IMG/VR virus record: IMGVR_UViG_3300035698_029839
Coordinates: 1-64,000 of that record
Strand: one strand, 5' to 3'
DNA: 64,000 nt
In this document: piece by piece, positions 55,940-64,000 of the stretch
How the letters are laid out: each line of letters opens with the position of its first letter
Position numbering within the stretch: position 1 is the first letter of the stretch
Notes under the pieces: model-generated
Told to the model about the DNA's origin: nothing
The model's database searches: none
Seen by the model: only the letters and a program-made list of their open reading frames with translations
Position numbers and translations under genes: made by a program

Positions 55940-57181
55940 GTGGTGGGAAGAAAGTTAACAACAAAATTCACAACAAAAGAATTTATAGATAAGGCTATTT
56001 TGACCCATGGAGATAAGTATGATTATAGTGAAGTAGATTATAAAAATCAACTAACGAAAGTTAAAATATTTTGTAAAAAACATAAAATATATTTTCATCA
56101 AATCCCAAAAATACATTTTACTGGAAGTGGATGCAGAGAATGTGGTAAAGAAAAGGTAGGAGAAATAGTCGGGGACAGAAGTAGATTGACAAAGGAGCAA
56201 ATTATAGAAAGGGGTATAGAGGTTCACGGCAATAGATATGATTACTCTGAAGTTGAATATATAAATTACAACACTAATATTAAAATATTTTGTAAAAAAT
56301 GTAGGAAATATTTCTTACAAACTCCTCTTCATCATATTCTTGCGAAAAAACAATGTCCATTATGCTCTCCCCAAAAAAAGTTTTATTATTCATTCCCTAA
56401 AAAACAGAAATCATTAAAAATTACTGGAAGGGATACATTTATTAGAGAAGCAAAAAATATTCATGGGAATAAATATGAATATTTCGATGTTGATTTTAAA
56501 GGCATGAAAATAAAAATTAAGATATTTTGTAAAAAGCATAAAAAATATTTCTTCCAAAGTCCATATAATCATTTAAAAGGATCTGGATGTCGTCAGTGTG
56601 GGACAGAAAGAATGGTTGCAAAAAGGTCTTTTAGTAAAGAAGATTTTATAAAAAGAGCAAAATATATTCATGAAGATAGATATGATTATTCTAAAGTTAA
56701 ATATATTAATATGAAAATTAAAGTAAAAATTAAATGTTTAAAGCATGGAATATATTTTTATCAGCGTCCAAATGGGCATTTGGTGGGGCAGGGGTGTCCA
56801 TTTTGTCTTAAAAAATATGAGGGTAAAGCATATGATATAATAAAAAATATATTTAATGATTGGGATGTTCAACGTCATAAAAAGATTTGGCATTCATATA
56901 GGAATTATAATCATAAAAGATTTTGTGATTTTTGGTTGGAAAAAGATGATATTAAAATTATGGTTGAGTATGATGGAAAACAGCATTATATGCCAGTAAG
57001 ATTTAACGGTATGGCTGTTGGAAAAGCAAAAATAAGATTTAAAGAGCAACAGAAAATAGATAAATTAGATACTGATTTTTGTAAAGAAAATAATATTATT
57101 CTTCATAGAATAAAATATAATGAGGATGAGAAAAAATCAATTGTTGGACTAAGGAGTAAAGTCGATAATTTATGGAATTAA
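55940..57181 (+). CDS. Free-standing endonuclease with four DUF723-like Zn repeats and a Vsr/DUF559-like nuclease
   Basis: 4x (F/I)I......H..(K/R)Y(D/E)Y..V....K.KI.C.K...F.Q.P..H....C..C; CDFWL...VEYDGKQHY. Confidence 0.8.
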   Translation: MVGRKLTTKFTTKEFIDKAILTHGDKYDYSEVDYKNQLTKVKIFCKKHKIYFHQIPKIHFTGSGCRECGKEKVGEIVGDRSRLTKEQIIERGIEVHGNRYDYSEVEYINYNTNIKIFCKKCRKYFLQTPLHHILAKKQCPLCSPQKKFYYSFPKKQKSLKITGRDTFIREAKNIHGNKYEYFDVDFKGMKIKIKIFCKKHKKYFFQSPYNHLKGSGCRQCGTERMVAKRSFSKEDFIKRAKYIHEDRYDYSKVKYINMKIKVKIKCLKHGIYFYQRPNGHLVGQGCPFCLKKYEGKAYDIIKNIFNDWDVQRHKKIWHSYRNYNHKRFCDFWLEKDDIKIMVEYDGKQHYMPVRFNGMAVGKAKIRFKEQQKIDKLDTDFCKENNIILHRIKYNEDEKKSIVGLRSKVDNLWN

Positions 57182-57891
57182 AAGAATTACAAGACAAGCA
57201 TAAAGACGAGATAATTTTTGTTGTTGGTAGTGGTCCTTCGATGAAAGATATCGAGGCTGATATATTAAAAGGTTATACTGTTATAGCGGTTAATGGAGGA
57301 ATTGCTAAAGTTACATTTGCTCAATATGTGATCAGCGATGACAGAGATATCATGAGCTGGAGTTATTTTAATATAGTTAGAAAATCTAATTGTATTTGTT
57401 TATTTTATGAGGATAAATTTAAAAATCATATAGATAACTCGTTAAAAGAAAGAACTATTTTTTATAAACATAAGAGCTGGTTTTCACCTCCTTCTACTTA
57501 TAATTTGCCAGATGGACTTGTTTTAACTAAAGATGTTGAAAAACCCATAGTAGGTAGCAGGACAAGTTTTTCTAGCGGAGTCCATCTGGCATACTGTATG
57601 GGGGCAAAAGTTATTGTTTTGTTAGGTAATGATTGCAGACTAAAAAATGGTAAGAGATATTTTTTTCAATATCCTGGCGAGCAAAAACAATATCGCGTAA
57701 AAGGTAGAAAATTTACTCATCAAACTCAGAACAGGGGTTTTAATAAAGATTCTTTTGTGGAGTATTGGAATTGCTTTGCAGAAGCGAATAAAGATAATGA
57801 AATTAATATTATAGATGCTTCCGATAGTTGCTTAGATTGTTTTCCTAAGATGAGCATAAGAGAAGTATTAGATAATTACAAAGGAGAATGA
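57172..57891 (+). CDS. Maf/MptE-like (DUF115-type) protein, putative glycosyltransferase
   Basis: VVGSGPSM, IAVN, AYCMGAKVIVLLGND, IIDAS. Confidence 0.7.
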   Translation: MELKELQDKHKDEIIFVVGSGPSMKDIEADILKGYTVIAVNGGIAKVTFAQYVISDDRDIMSWSYFNIVRKSNCICLFYEDKFKNHIDNSLKERTIFYKHKSWFSPPSTYNLPDGLVLTKDVEKPIVGSRTSFSSGVHLAYCMGAKVIVLLGNDCRLKNGKRYFFQYPGEQKQYRVKGRKFTHQTQNRGFNKDSFVEYWNCFAEANKDNEINIIDASDSCLDCFPKMSIREVLDNYKGE

Positions 57892-57892
57892 A

Positions 57893-58534
57893 ATGATAAC
57901 AAGATCAAAAGAAAAACCAATTGTATTTAAAGATGGTGTAAAAGTAGACATGTCGATCGCGAGTGATCAGTGGGTAGATGATGGTATTATAAAAGAAGAA
58001 ATGGAATATATATCTAAAATGACAGAAGGACTTTCTACGGGAACTATGGCCAATGATAAGGAGTATGTTGATTTAAAGAATAGGGTTGTAGCAGAAATGA
58101 TTAATGAAAAAGTTTCTTCTCTTAAAAAGAAGTTATCAGTATCTGCCAAGAAGAAAAATGATATTTATGATCATGCAAGAAAATCTCAAGAAGAGGCATT
58201 GAGAAAAACTCAAGATTATACTAGGCAAATAGCCGAAAAGCCTAATCAGGCTATTTACCTTGATGAATTAACGGGAGAATATAAAATAAATTATGGTATC
58301 ACACCAGTTTCTCTAGTTGATGGTAGTTTGTATTCGAAAAGATGGCATAGCATAAATATCGAAAATATGAAGAAATATATTTCAAGGAGAGAAGAAGATA
58401 ATGAAAAGATTCTAAAAGAAATAAAAGTTAAAATGGATGCCCAGAAGAAGGATAATAAAAAACCTCTTAAAAAACCTCTTAAAAAGACGATGAAAAAGAA
58501 AGTAGTTAAGAAAATAGTTAAGGAGAAAAAATAA
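57893..58534 (+). CDS. Hypothetical protein with Lys-rich tail
   Basis: ORF track. Confidence 0.5.
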   Translation: MITRSKEKPIVFKDGVKVDMSIASDQWVDDGIIKEEMEYISKMTEGLSTGTMANDKEYVDLKNRVVAEMINEKVSSLKKKLSVSAKKKNDIYDHARKSQEEALRKTQDYTRQIAEKPNQAIYLDELTGEYKINYGITPVSLVDGSLYSKRWHSINIENMKKYISRREEDNEKILKEIKVKMDAQKKDNKKPLKKPLKKTMKKKVVKKIVKEKK

Positions 58535-58785
58535 TGTTATTGAGTGAAATTTTTAATGAAAAATATGAATTTGAAGAAGTATCGGTTGAGGAAGAAGGAG
58601 TTGAGGAAGAAGGAATGGCATATAAAATAGTTAATAATGGAAAAATGATTATGAATAAACTTTCGTTAGGTGAGGCAATTCTTTTTGCTCAAAAATTAGG
58701 AAGGAACGTTTGTGCTGATTATAAAAGATATCATGAAGAACAATTAAATTTTGAAAAAGGGAATTTTAAAAAGAATGATAAATAA
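58534..58785 (+). CDS. Hypothetical protein
   Basis: ORF track. Confidence 0.45.
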   Translation: MLLSEIFNEKYEFEEVSVEEEGVEEEGMAYKIVNNGKMIMNKLSLGEAILFAQKLGRNVCADYKRYHEEQLNFEKGNFKKNDK

Positions 58786-59521
58786 TAAAAAAATATTATG
58801 TGTAGTAACTGCCAGAGCTGGGTCAAAGGGAATAAAAAATAAAAATTATAGAGATTTATTTGGAAAACCTTTGTTTATGTGGTCTATGCTGGCAGCTCTT
58901 AATTCTAAATATATTGATACTATTGTTCTTTCTTCTAATTGTGAAGAGTGTGAAAAAATACATATTAATTGGGTTAAAGATTTAGAGGTTGAGCAGCAAG
59001 ATAGGATTTATTTTATAGATCGTCCTGACAAATATGCTACAGATACGTCTAAAAATGAAGAGGCTCTTATACATAGCTTAAGCGGTCTCGACACTCTCTA
59101 TGGCTTAAAGCATAATATCGTCATAAACCTCCAACCTACCAGCCCATGTCGATTAGGAGGGATTCTGGACGGTTGTATAGAGAAATATGGAGAAGGATAT
59201 GATAGTTTATTAACTGCTACAAAAGATACCCCTTTTATATGGCAGAAAATAGATGGGAAGTGGGAATATACAGTAGATAAAAATGATTGTTGTGATAGGA
59301 AGATGAGACAAGAATTTGAAGAACATGAATTTCTGTATCATGATTGTGGGTCGGTATATATGACAGATTCTAAAATTTTACTTGACAAAGAATGTAGAAT
59401 AGGTTATAATCCTTGTATCTTTGAGATTGAGGGCGTGAATAGTGTACAAATAGATAAAGAAGATGATTTTTTACTTATTGAAAAAATGATAGAAGCACAA
59501 GGTTTAAAGAGTTTAATATAA
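58775..59521 (+). CDS. CMP-nonulosonate (acylneuraminate) cytidylyltransferase, NeuA/PseF-like
   Basis: TARAGSKGIKNKN...GKPL, RP...A.D, LQPTSPCR, GSVY, QIDKEDDF. Confidence 0.88.
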   Translation: MINNKKILCVVTARAGSKGIKNKNYRDLFGKPLFMWSMLAALNSKYIDTIVLSSNCEECEKIHINWVKDLEVEQQDRIYFIDRPDKYATDTSKNEEALIHSLSGLDTLYGLKHNIVINLQPTSPCRLGGILDGCIEKYGEGYDSLLTATKDTPFIWQKIDGKWEYTVDKNDCCDRKMRQEFEEHEFLYHDCGSVYMTDSKILLDKECRIGYNPCIFEIEGVNSVQIDKEDDFLLIEKMIEAQGLKSLI

Positions 59522-59769
59522 TGGATAAAACAAAAGAAGAAAAATTTAGAGAAAAAATAGAAAAAATATATGAAGATATTAAAAAGAAATGTGAAAGATC
59601 TGGGAAAATTTGTAGGGATGAGGCTGAAAAAATAGCAGATGCTTTGCATTCGGAAGGTGAAGAAAATATCAAGCAAAGAAATAAGAATTATATTCAGTAT
59701 AGATATTGGGGATCAAGACAGCAAATTCTGGCAGAAATAAAAGAAGAAATAGAAAGAGCATTGGAATGA
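59521..59769 (+). CDS. Hypothetical protein
   Basis: ORF track. Confidence 0.45.
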   Translation: MDKTKEEKFREKIEKIYEDIKKKCERSGKICRDEAEKIADALHSEGEENIKQRNKNYIQYRYWGSRQQILAEIKEEIERALE

Positions 59770-60014
59770 AACTATATTATATTATAAATAAAATAACGAG
59801 ATGGCATAAATGTAGAACAGGAGGAATGTTAAATCGTTTGCAACATTTTGTTTATAATAAAAGAATAAAAAAATGTCCTAAATGCGCAAAGGAATATAAT
59901 AAGATAACACTCTTAATGGTATGTCCTTTATGCGGATATGTTTCTTGTAATTCTAGGACATGCATGGTACAAATTGGCAACGGAAGTAGAATATGTCCTA
60001 ATTGCTATATGTAG
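59766..60014 (+). CDS. Cys-rich zinc-finger protein
   Basis: CPKC, CPLC, CPNC. Confidence 0.5.
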   Translation: MKLYYIINKITRWHKCRTGGMLNRLQHFVYNKRIKKCPKCAKEYNKITLLMVCPLCGYVSCNSRTCMVQIGNGSRICPNCYM

Positions 60015-60379
60015 GTGAGGAGTTTGATATAATGGATTTATTTAAAAGTAGTGTGAATAATGAATTAATTAATTTGGATGATTTAGATACCTATCCTGAG
60101 GAATGGAAAAATCTGAACATCCATGAATTATTTTCAAAGTGTATGAATGAGGCAGGAGTTTCTATATTTTATATGGACTTTTTACATAAAGATGTTGATT
60201 GGGGTTCTCAAAGAAAACGAGTAGAAGTTTTATGTGCAGAGTTATCTACCATATGGAATTATGTTCGAAAGTTTGATACAGATAGAAAAGGTAGTATATC
60301 ATTTAATGAAGATGAATATCGTTTATCTCTTATGAAATGGTTGTTTCGTTTTCAGGACGAAACAGAAAATCAGTGTTAG
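60002..60379 (+). CDS. Hypothetical protein
   Basis: ORF track (start may be the downstream MDLF). Confidence 0.5.
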   Translation: MLYVGEEFDIMDLFKSSVNNELINLDDLDTYPEEWKNLNIHELFSKCMNEAGVSIFYMDFLHKDVDWGSQRKRVEVLCAELSTIWNYVRKFDTDRKGSISFNEDEYRLSLMKWLFRFQDETENQC

Positions 60380-60396
60380 ATATTTAATATAGGAAT

Positions 60397-60618
60397 ATGA
60401 TGGACAAAATAAAATTTACATGTTTTAATTGTAACGCAAAATTAGAAATAGATGGAGAATATGGAGGAAGAAGAGGTAGGTGTCCTAAGTGTAAGGCTAA
60501 AAATACAATTCCTTCTTCTGAAGATACTTTAGATGATAGTATAATAATTTTGCTTAACGACATGGAAAAGCACGAAGAAGAAAATGAAAAAGATAATTTA
60601 ATACTTAAGGATATGTAA
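60397..60618 (+). CDS. Zn-ribbon protein
   Basis: IKFTCFNC...GRRGRCPKC. Confidence 0.6.
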   Translation: MMDKIKFTCFNCNAKLEIDGEYGGRRGRCPKCKAKNTIPSSEDTLDDSIIILLNDMEKHEEENEKDNLILKDM

Positions 60619-61400
60619 TGAAATTAACATTTTTAGGTGTGTCTAGTGCTTTGAGTGATGGATTTAATTCTAATATGTTGTTAGATATTGAAGATAAAAC
60701 ATTACTTATTGATTGTGGTATGGATATTAAACATTCTTTAAAAGCCGCCAATAGAAAAGTAGAAGAAATAGATGCTGTTTATATATCTCATTTACATGGG
60801 GACCATATGGCAGGTTTAGAGTGGTTGGCTTTTTATAATTATTTTATAACTAAAAAGAAAATAGATTTATATGTTTGTAAGGAAATTGTTGATGAATTAT
60901 GGAGCATGCTGGCTCCATCTTTATCAAGGCAGAAGGATTCACCATTTTTATCTTTGGAAGATTATTTTTGTGTTTTTAAAATAGACAAATTTAAATCTTT
61001 TATTTTTGGAGATGAAAATTTTTATGTTAATGAGCTAGAACATGTTAGGAATGTAGAGTTTGGGAGCCACAATAGTTATGGAATAGTGTGTTATAGAGAG
61101 CATAATAGAGAGCATAGAAAATGGCAGGAAAATATATTTTATATTTCAACAGATACAGTTGAAAGTAATAGTTTTGATGCTGAATATATTTTTCATGATT
61201 GCGATGTTATGAATTTAAATGGAGTTCATGCTAATTATGATGATTTGAAAAATCATAATAAAGATAGAATAAGAAAAAATATGTGGCTTTATCATTATAC
61301 TGATCTTTCTAAATATGATGGCAAATATGGAGTAATGCCAGATGCTGTTGCAGATGGTTTTGCGGGGTTTGTTAAAGAGGGGCAGATATTTGAGATATGA
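60618..61400 (+). CDS. Metallo-beta-lactamase-fold hydrolase (RNase Z-like)
   Basis: LTFLG, LLIDCG, ISHLHGDH, TD, FHDC, HA, LYHY. Confidence 0.85.
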   Translation: MKLTFLGVSSALSDGFNSNMLLDIEDKTLLIDCGMDIKHSLKAANRKVEEIDAVYISHLHGDHMAGLEWLAFYNYFITKKKIDLYVCKEIVDELWSMLAPSLSRQKDSPFLSLEDYFCVFKIDKFKSFIFGDENFYVNELEHVRNVEFGSHNSYGIVCYREHNREHRKWQENIFYISTDTVESNSFDAEYIFHDCDVMNLNGVHANYDDLKNHNKDRIRKNMWLYHYTDLSKYDGKYGVMPDAVADGFAGFVKEGQIFEI

Positions 61401-62149
61401 AAAATAGAAAAAAGATAATTGGAAGTAGAAATAGGAAAAAAAGAAGAGATAAAATTAAAAGAGATATAGTTGAAAAAAATATATTTTTAAAAATTAAAGA
61501 ATACAGACAGTTTAAAAGATTAAAAGAAGAAATTTTAAAAGATAAAGAGTGCTCAAAGTGTGGGTTGTGTTGTAAAAGTTATAGAATAAGACTTACACAG
61601 GAAGATTTAGATAATGAACCTCAATTAATAGAAAATAGTATTTTATTAACAGAAGACATCATAAAAAAATATAAACTAAGTTGTAAGAAAAAGCACATAA
61701 GAGTTATAAAGACTGTTAGTGAGGAAAATAAGAGATGTATTTTTTATGATGAAAATATAGGATGTAAAATACATTTAACAAAACCCGCTGAATGTGTAGA
61801 ATATGTCCCATCTTTGTCTCACTGCAAAAGCACTGAACTAAAAGATTGTTTTAACTTAGCTTCTTATTATAATATGCAGCAGAAAATTTTTATAAAAAGT
61901 GTAAAAAATTGCAGCGCAGAAGAAAAAATAGAGAGGACAAGGAAACTTTTAGAAGCTCTTATTATACCTTTTATAGCAAAGTTTTATAAAAAAGGGGATA
62001 ATATTCAAGCGGAACCAGAGAATGAAAAATTGATACCTTCTTTTATAAAAAGGTGTTTAGATCTAGATGATAGTTATAAGTTTATAAAAGATTTACCCAT
62101 GGTAAAGAGTCATAATGATAAAATTAATACAGATGGTTTTGAGGATTAG
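61397..62149 (+). CDS. YkgJ-family Cys-cluster protein
   Basis: CSKCGLCC...CIFY...GCKIH..KP.EC. Confidence 0.75.
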   Translation: MKNRKKIIGSRNRKKRRDKIKRDIVEKNIFLKIKEYRQFKRLKEEILKDKECSKCGLCCKSYRIRLTQEDLDNEPQLIENSILLTEDIIKKYKLSCKKKHIRVIKTVSEENKRCIFYDENIGCKIHLTKPAECVEYVPSLSHCKSTELKDCFNLASYYNMQQKIFIKSVKNCSAEEKIERTRKLLEALIIPFIAKFYKKGDNIQAEPENEKLIPSFIKRCLDLDDSYKFIKDLPMVKSHNDKINTDGFED

Positions 62150-62174
62150 TTAAAGGGGGGCAGATATTTAAAAT

Positions 62175-62723
62175 ATGAGTAAAAAAGGGCCAGTAATAAA
62201 AAATACTAATAAGAGTCACAATCGTCATGGGAGTAATTGTAACGATAATAGTAGAGTTATAGTTGGCAAATCCCCTGGTGATCATATTCCTTATAGTTGG
62301 TCTGTTCAAAAGTCTGTAGAGCATTATATAACTAAATATGAGTTGAAATGTTCTCTTTTACAGTTTCCTAGTAGAGCACCGTGGCAGAAGCTTCTTTCTG
62401 ATAACAAAGTATCTAATGAGTTTTTAGATGTTTTTGCTAATAGGGTAATTTGGAGTGCGGTTTGTAGGTATCAAAAATTATCTGAAAAGATTATGGACAA
62501 ACATGCTAATCTATTAGATTGGCCAATAGTTTCTTCTTGCCAGAAAATGTCTAAAAGATTTATTTTTAGGCATAAAAAAGAATTAGATATGGATATTGTT
62601 AGTAATAGATTTTTGATTACTCAAGAGGATTTAGACCAGTGTGAGAAAGAAGAAAAAGAAAGAGTCGCATTTATGGAAGGCGGCGAGGAGATAGAAGATC
62701 GTTTTGATATTTTGGATATGTAG
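62175..62723 (+). CDS. Trp-repeat protein with RFDILDM tag
   Basis: W..V..YQKLSEK..DKH...LDW..VS..QKMS..FI..H; ends IEDRFDILDM. Confidence 0.6.
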   Translation: MSKKGPVIKNTNKSHNRHGSNCNDNSRVIVGKSPGDHIPYSWSVQKSVEHYITKYELKCSLLQFPSRAPWQKLLSDNKVSNEFLDVFANRVIWSAVCRYQKLSEKIMDKHANLLDWPIVSSCQKMSKRFIFRHKKELDMDIVSNRFLITQEDLDQCEKEEKERVAFMEGGEEIEDRFDILDM

Positions 62724-62740
62724 AAAGGTAAGAAAACAAT

Positions 62741-62968
62741 ATGAAAGAAGAAATGGTTAAATGCCCTATATGTCAAAGAAAAACTAATTCGTCTTTTGTG
62801 TGTAATGATTGTTTGAAAGTTACTGAATCTTTTCATAAATGGATGGAATCTCTTAAAAAAGATAGAAAAAAGATGACAGATCAGGGAAGGATGGTTGCTT
62901 TAAAGTCAATACTTACGAGAGTTGGAGAGGTAGGACAAAAAACATTGAGAGAATGGGGCACAAAGTAA
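62741..62968 (+). CDS. Small Zn-finger protein
   Basis: CPIC...CNDC. Confidence 0.5.
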   Translation: MKEEMVKCPICQRKTNSSFVCNDCLKVTESFHKWMESLKKDRKKMTDQGRMVALKSILTRVGEVGQKTLREWGTK

Positions 62969-63009
62969 TATTTATAGATAGATAAAATGGTTAAGGAGGG
63001 TTTGGAATA

Positions 63010-63282
63010 ATGGCAGGAACTGGTCATTTTCAGTCTAATATAGGAGATGATGGAGTAAAAAGATGGAAGTATATTGGTCCTCCTATTGAGATAGTAGAGA
63101 TTCCGTTTGTGGGGGGAGTATTTAATGAGCATACTTATCGAGTAGGGAGATGTTTTTTAACTGATGATTATATTCTAAGATTAGATTTTTCTAATGATGG
63201 ATATATATACATATATGGATATGATAAAATTATGGACGCTATGATATATATAGAGAAAGAAAGGATAAACAATGAAGACTAA
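63010..63282 (+). CDS. Hypothetical protein
   Basis: AAGGAGG upstream. Confidence 0.5.
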   Translation: MAGTGHFQSNIGDDGVKRWKYIGPPIEIVEIPFVGGVFNEHTYRVGRCFLTDDYILRLDFSNDGYIYIYGYDKIMDAMIYIEKERINNED

Positions 63283-63314
63283 AAGTTATTATGAAACTTT
63301 AAAAGAAAATAAAT

Positions 63315-63350
63315 AAAGGATTTTGTTCTGTAATACAGAAATAATATATA
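63315..63350 (+). promoter_or_regulatory. Representative copy of motif AAGG(A/T)TTT-N~14-18-TAATATA (putative promoter, class B)
   Basis: Similar elements at about 10903, 15561, 34678, 52710, 55536, 63315 (+) and 23644-23612 (-). Confidence 0.5.
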
Positions 63351-63533
63351 ATGAAAAAGAATAAAGAAAAAATGACAGAGGAAATTAGAGTTATGGTTCA
63401 ACCTTCATTATATAAGTCTTTTAAAAAAACCTGTAAGGATGATTATAAAACCATATCAGATGTAATTAGAAATTATATGGTTCAATATTCCAAACAGGAG
63501 AAAAACAATGGGAAGAGTAAAAGATATAAGTAA
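63351..63533 (+). CDS. Ribbon-helix-helix-like protein
   Basis: EIRVMVQPSLYKSFKKTC...KTISDVIRNYM. Confidence 0.65.
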   Translation: MKKNKEKMTEEIRVMVQPSLYKSFKKTCKDDYKTISDVIRNYMVQYSKQEKNNGKSKRYK

Positions 63534-64000
63534 TACGAGAGTTAATAAATTATATGTTACAGATAAAAAAGAAATTAGATTTAGTTCTAATAGTAAAAAT
63601 AAAAAAATAGAGTTTCTAGTCAAAGAAGCACTTATTGGTTATGCAGGTGTGATTGTGGAAAGGAATTATGGGTTAGGTCGGATGTGTTAGCAAAAAGAAA
63701 AAGTTGTGGTTGTGATAAACGTGCTGGAGAACTTGGAGATGGAGTAATGGGGGCTGTTTATGCTAGTTATAAAGGAAATGCCAAAAGAAGAAGTATTGAG
63801 TTTGATATATCTAAAGAATTTTTTAAAGAGATAACTAGTAAACTTTGTTATTATTGTGGCTCTCTTCCAAGTAATTATAGGTGTATAAAAAATTATTATG
63901 GAGATTTTAAATATAATGGTATTGATAGAATAGATAATAATATTGGTTATGAAAAAAGTAATTGTGTTCCGTGTTGTAAAAAATGCAATAGAGCGAAGGA
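63508..64000 (+). pseudogene. HNH endonuclease, frameshifted at an A7 run (63601-63607), runs off the window
   Basis: MGRVKDIS.TRVNKL.V continues in the -1 frame as TYWLCRCDCG...SCGC...CYYCG...NGIDRIDNNIGY...NCVPCCKKCNRAK. Confidence 0.7.

Noticed and set aside
14810-62723. Tag-coding ends (e.g. GATAGATTTGAGATATTAGATTTA) as a DNA repeat, attC-like site or CRISPR repeat
   Set aside because: Variation is mostly synonymous, there is no dyad symmetry or regular spacing, and the copies are always in frame at a stop codon, so the constraint is at protein level.

Overview
AT-rich, gene-dense, almost entirely + strand segment that looks like a large (jumbo-type) bacteriophage genome; standard genetic code, no rRNA, tRNA or CRISPR seen. 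1-10.7 kb encodes giant virion/adhesin-like proteins (LamG, VWA, Kelch). The rest is a replication/recombination module: SF2 helicase, Ycf46-like AAA+ ATPase, DnaC-like loader, DnaB, a primase in two genes, a DnaE polymerase in three genes, SSB, RecA, a Cas4-like exonuclease and UvrD. Interspersed are host-like genes (IF-3, SpoVS, ACP, CYTH), glycosylation genes (GT2, GT4, two Maf-like, NeuA-like) and selfish elements (4 inteins including one naturally split, about 5 free-standing endonucleases, a frameshifted IS605-group tnpB). The most striking unexplained signal is that 14 mostly unrelated proteins end in the same C-terminal peptide, R-F-[DE]-I-L-D-L-stop. It is conserved as protein, not DNA, and some of its carriers resemble fragments of virion proteins, suggesting an undescribed tag/adaptor system. 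Family assignments come from motif recognition only; no database searches were run.
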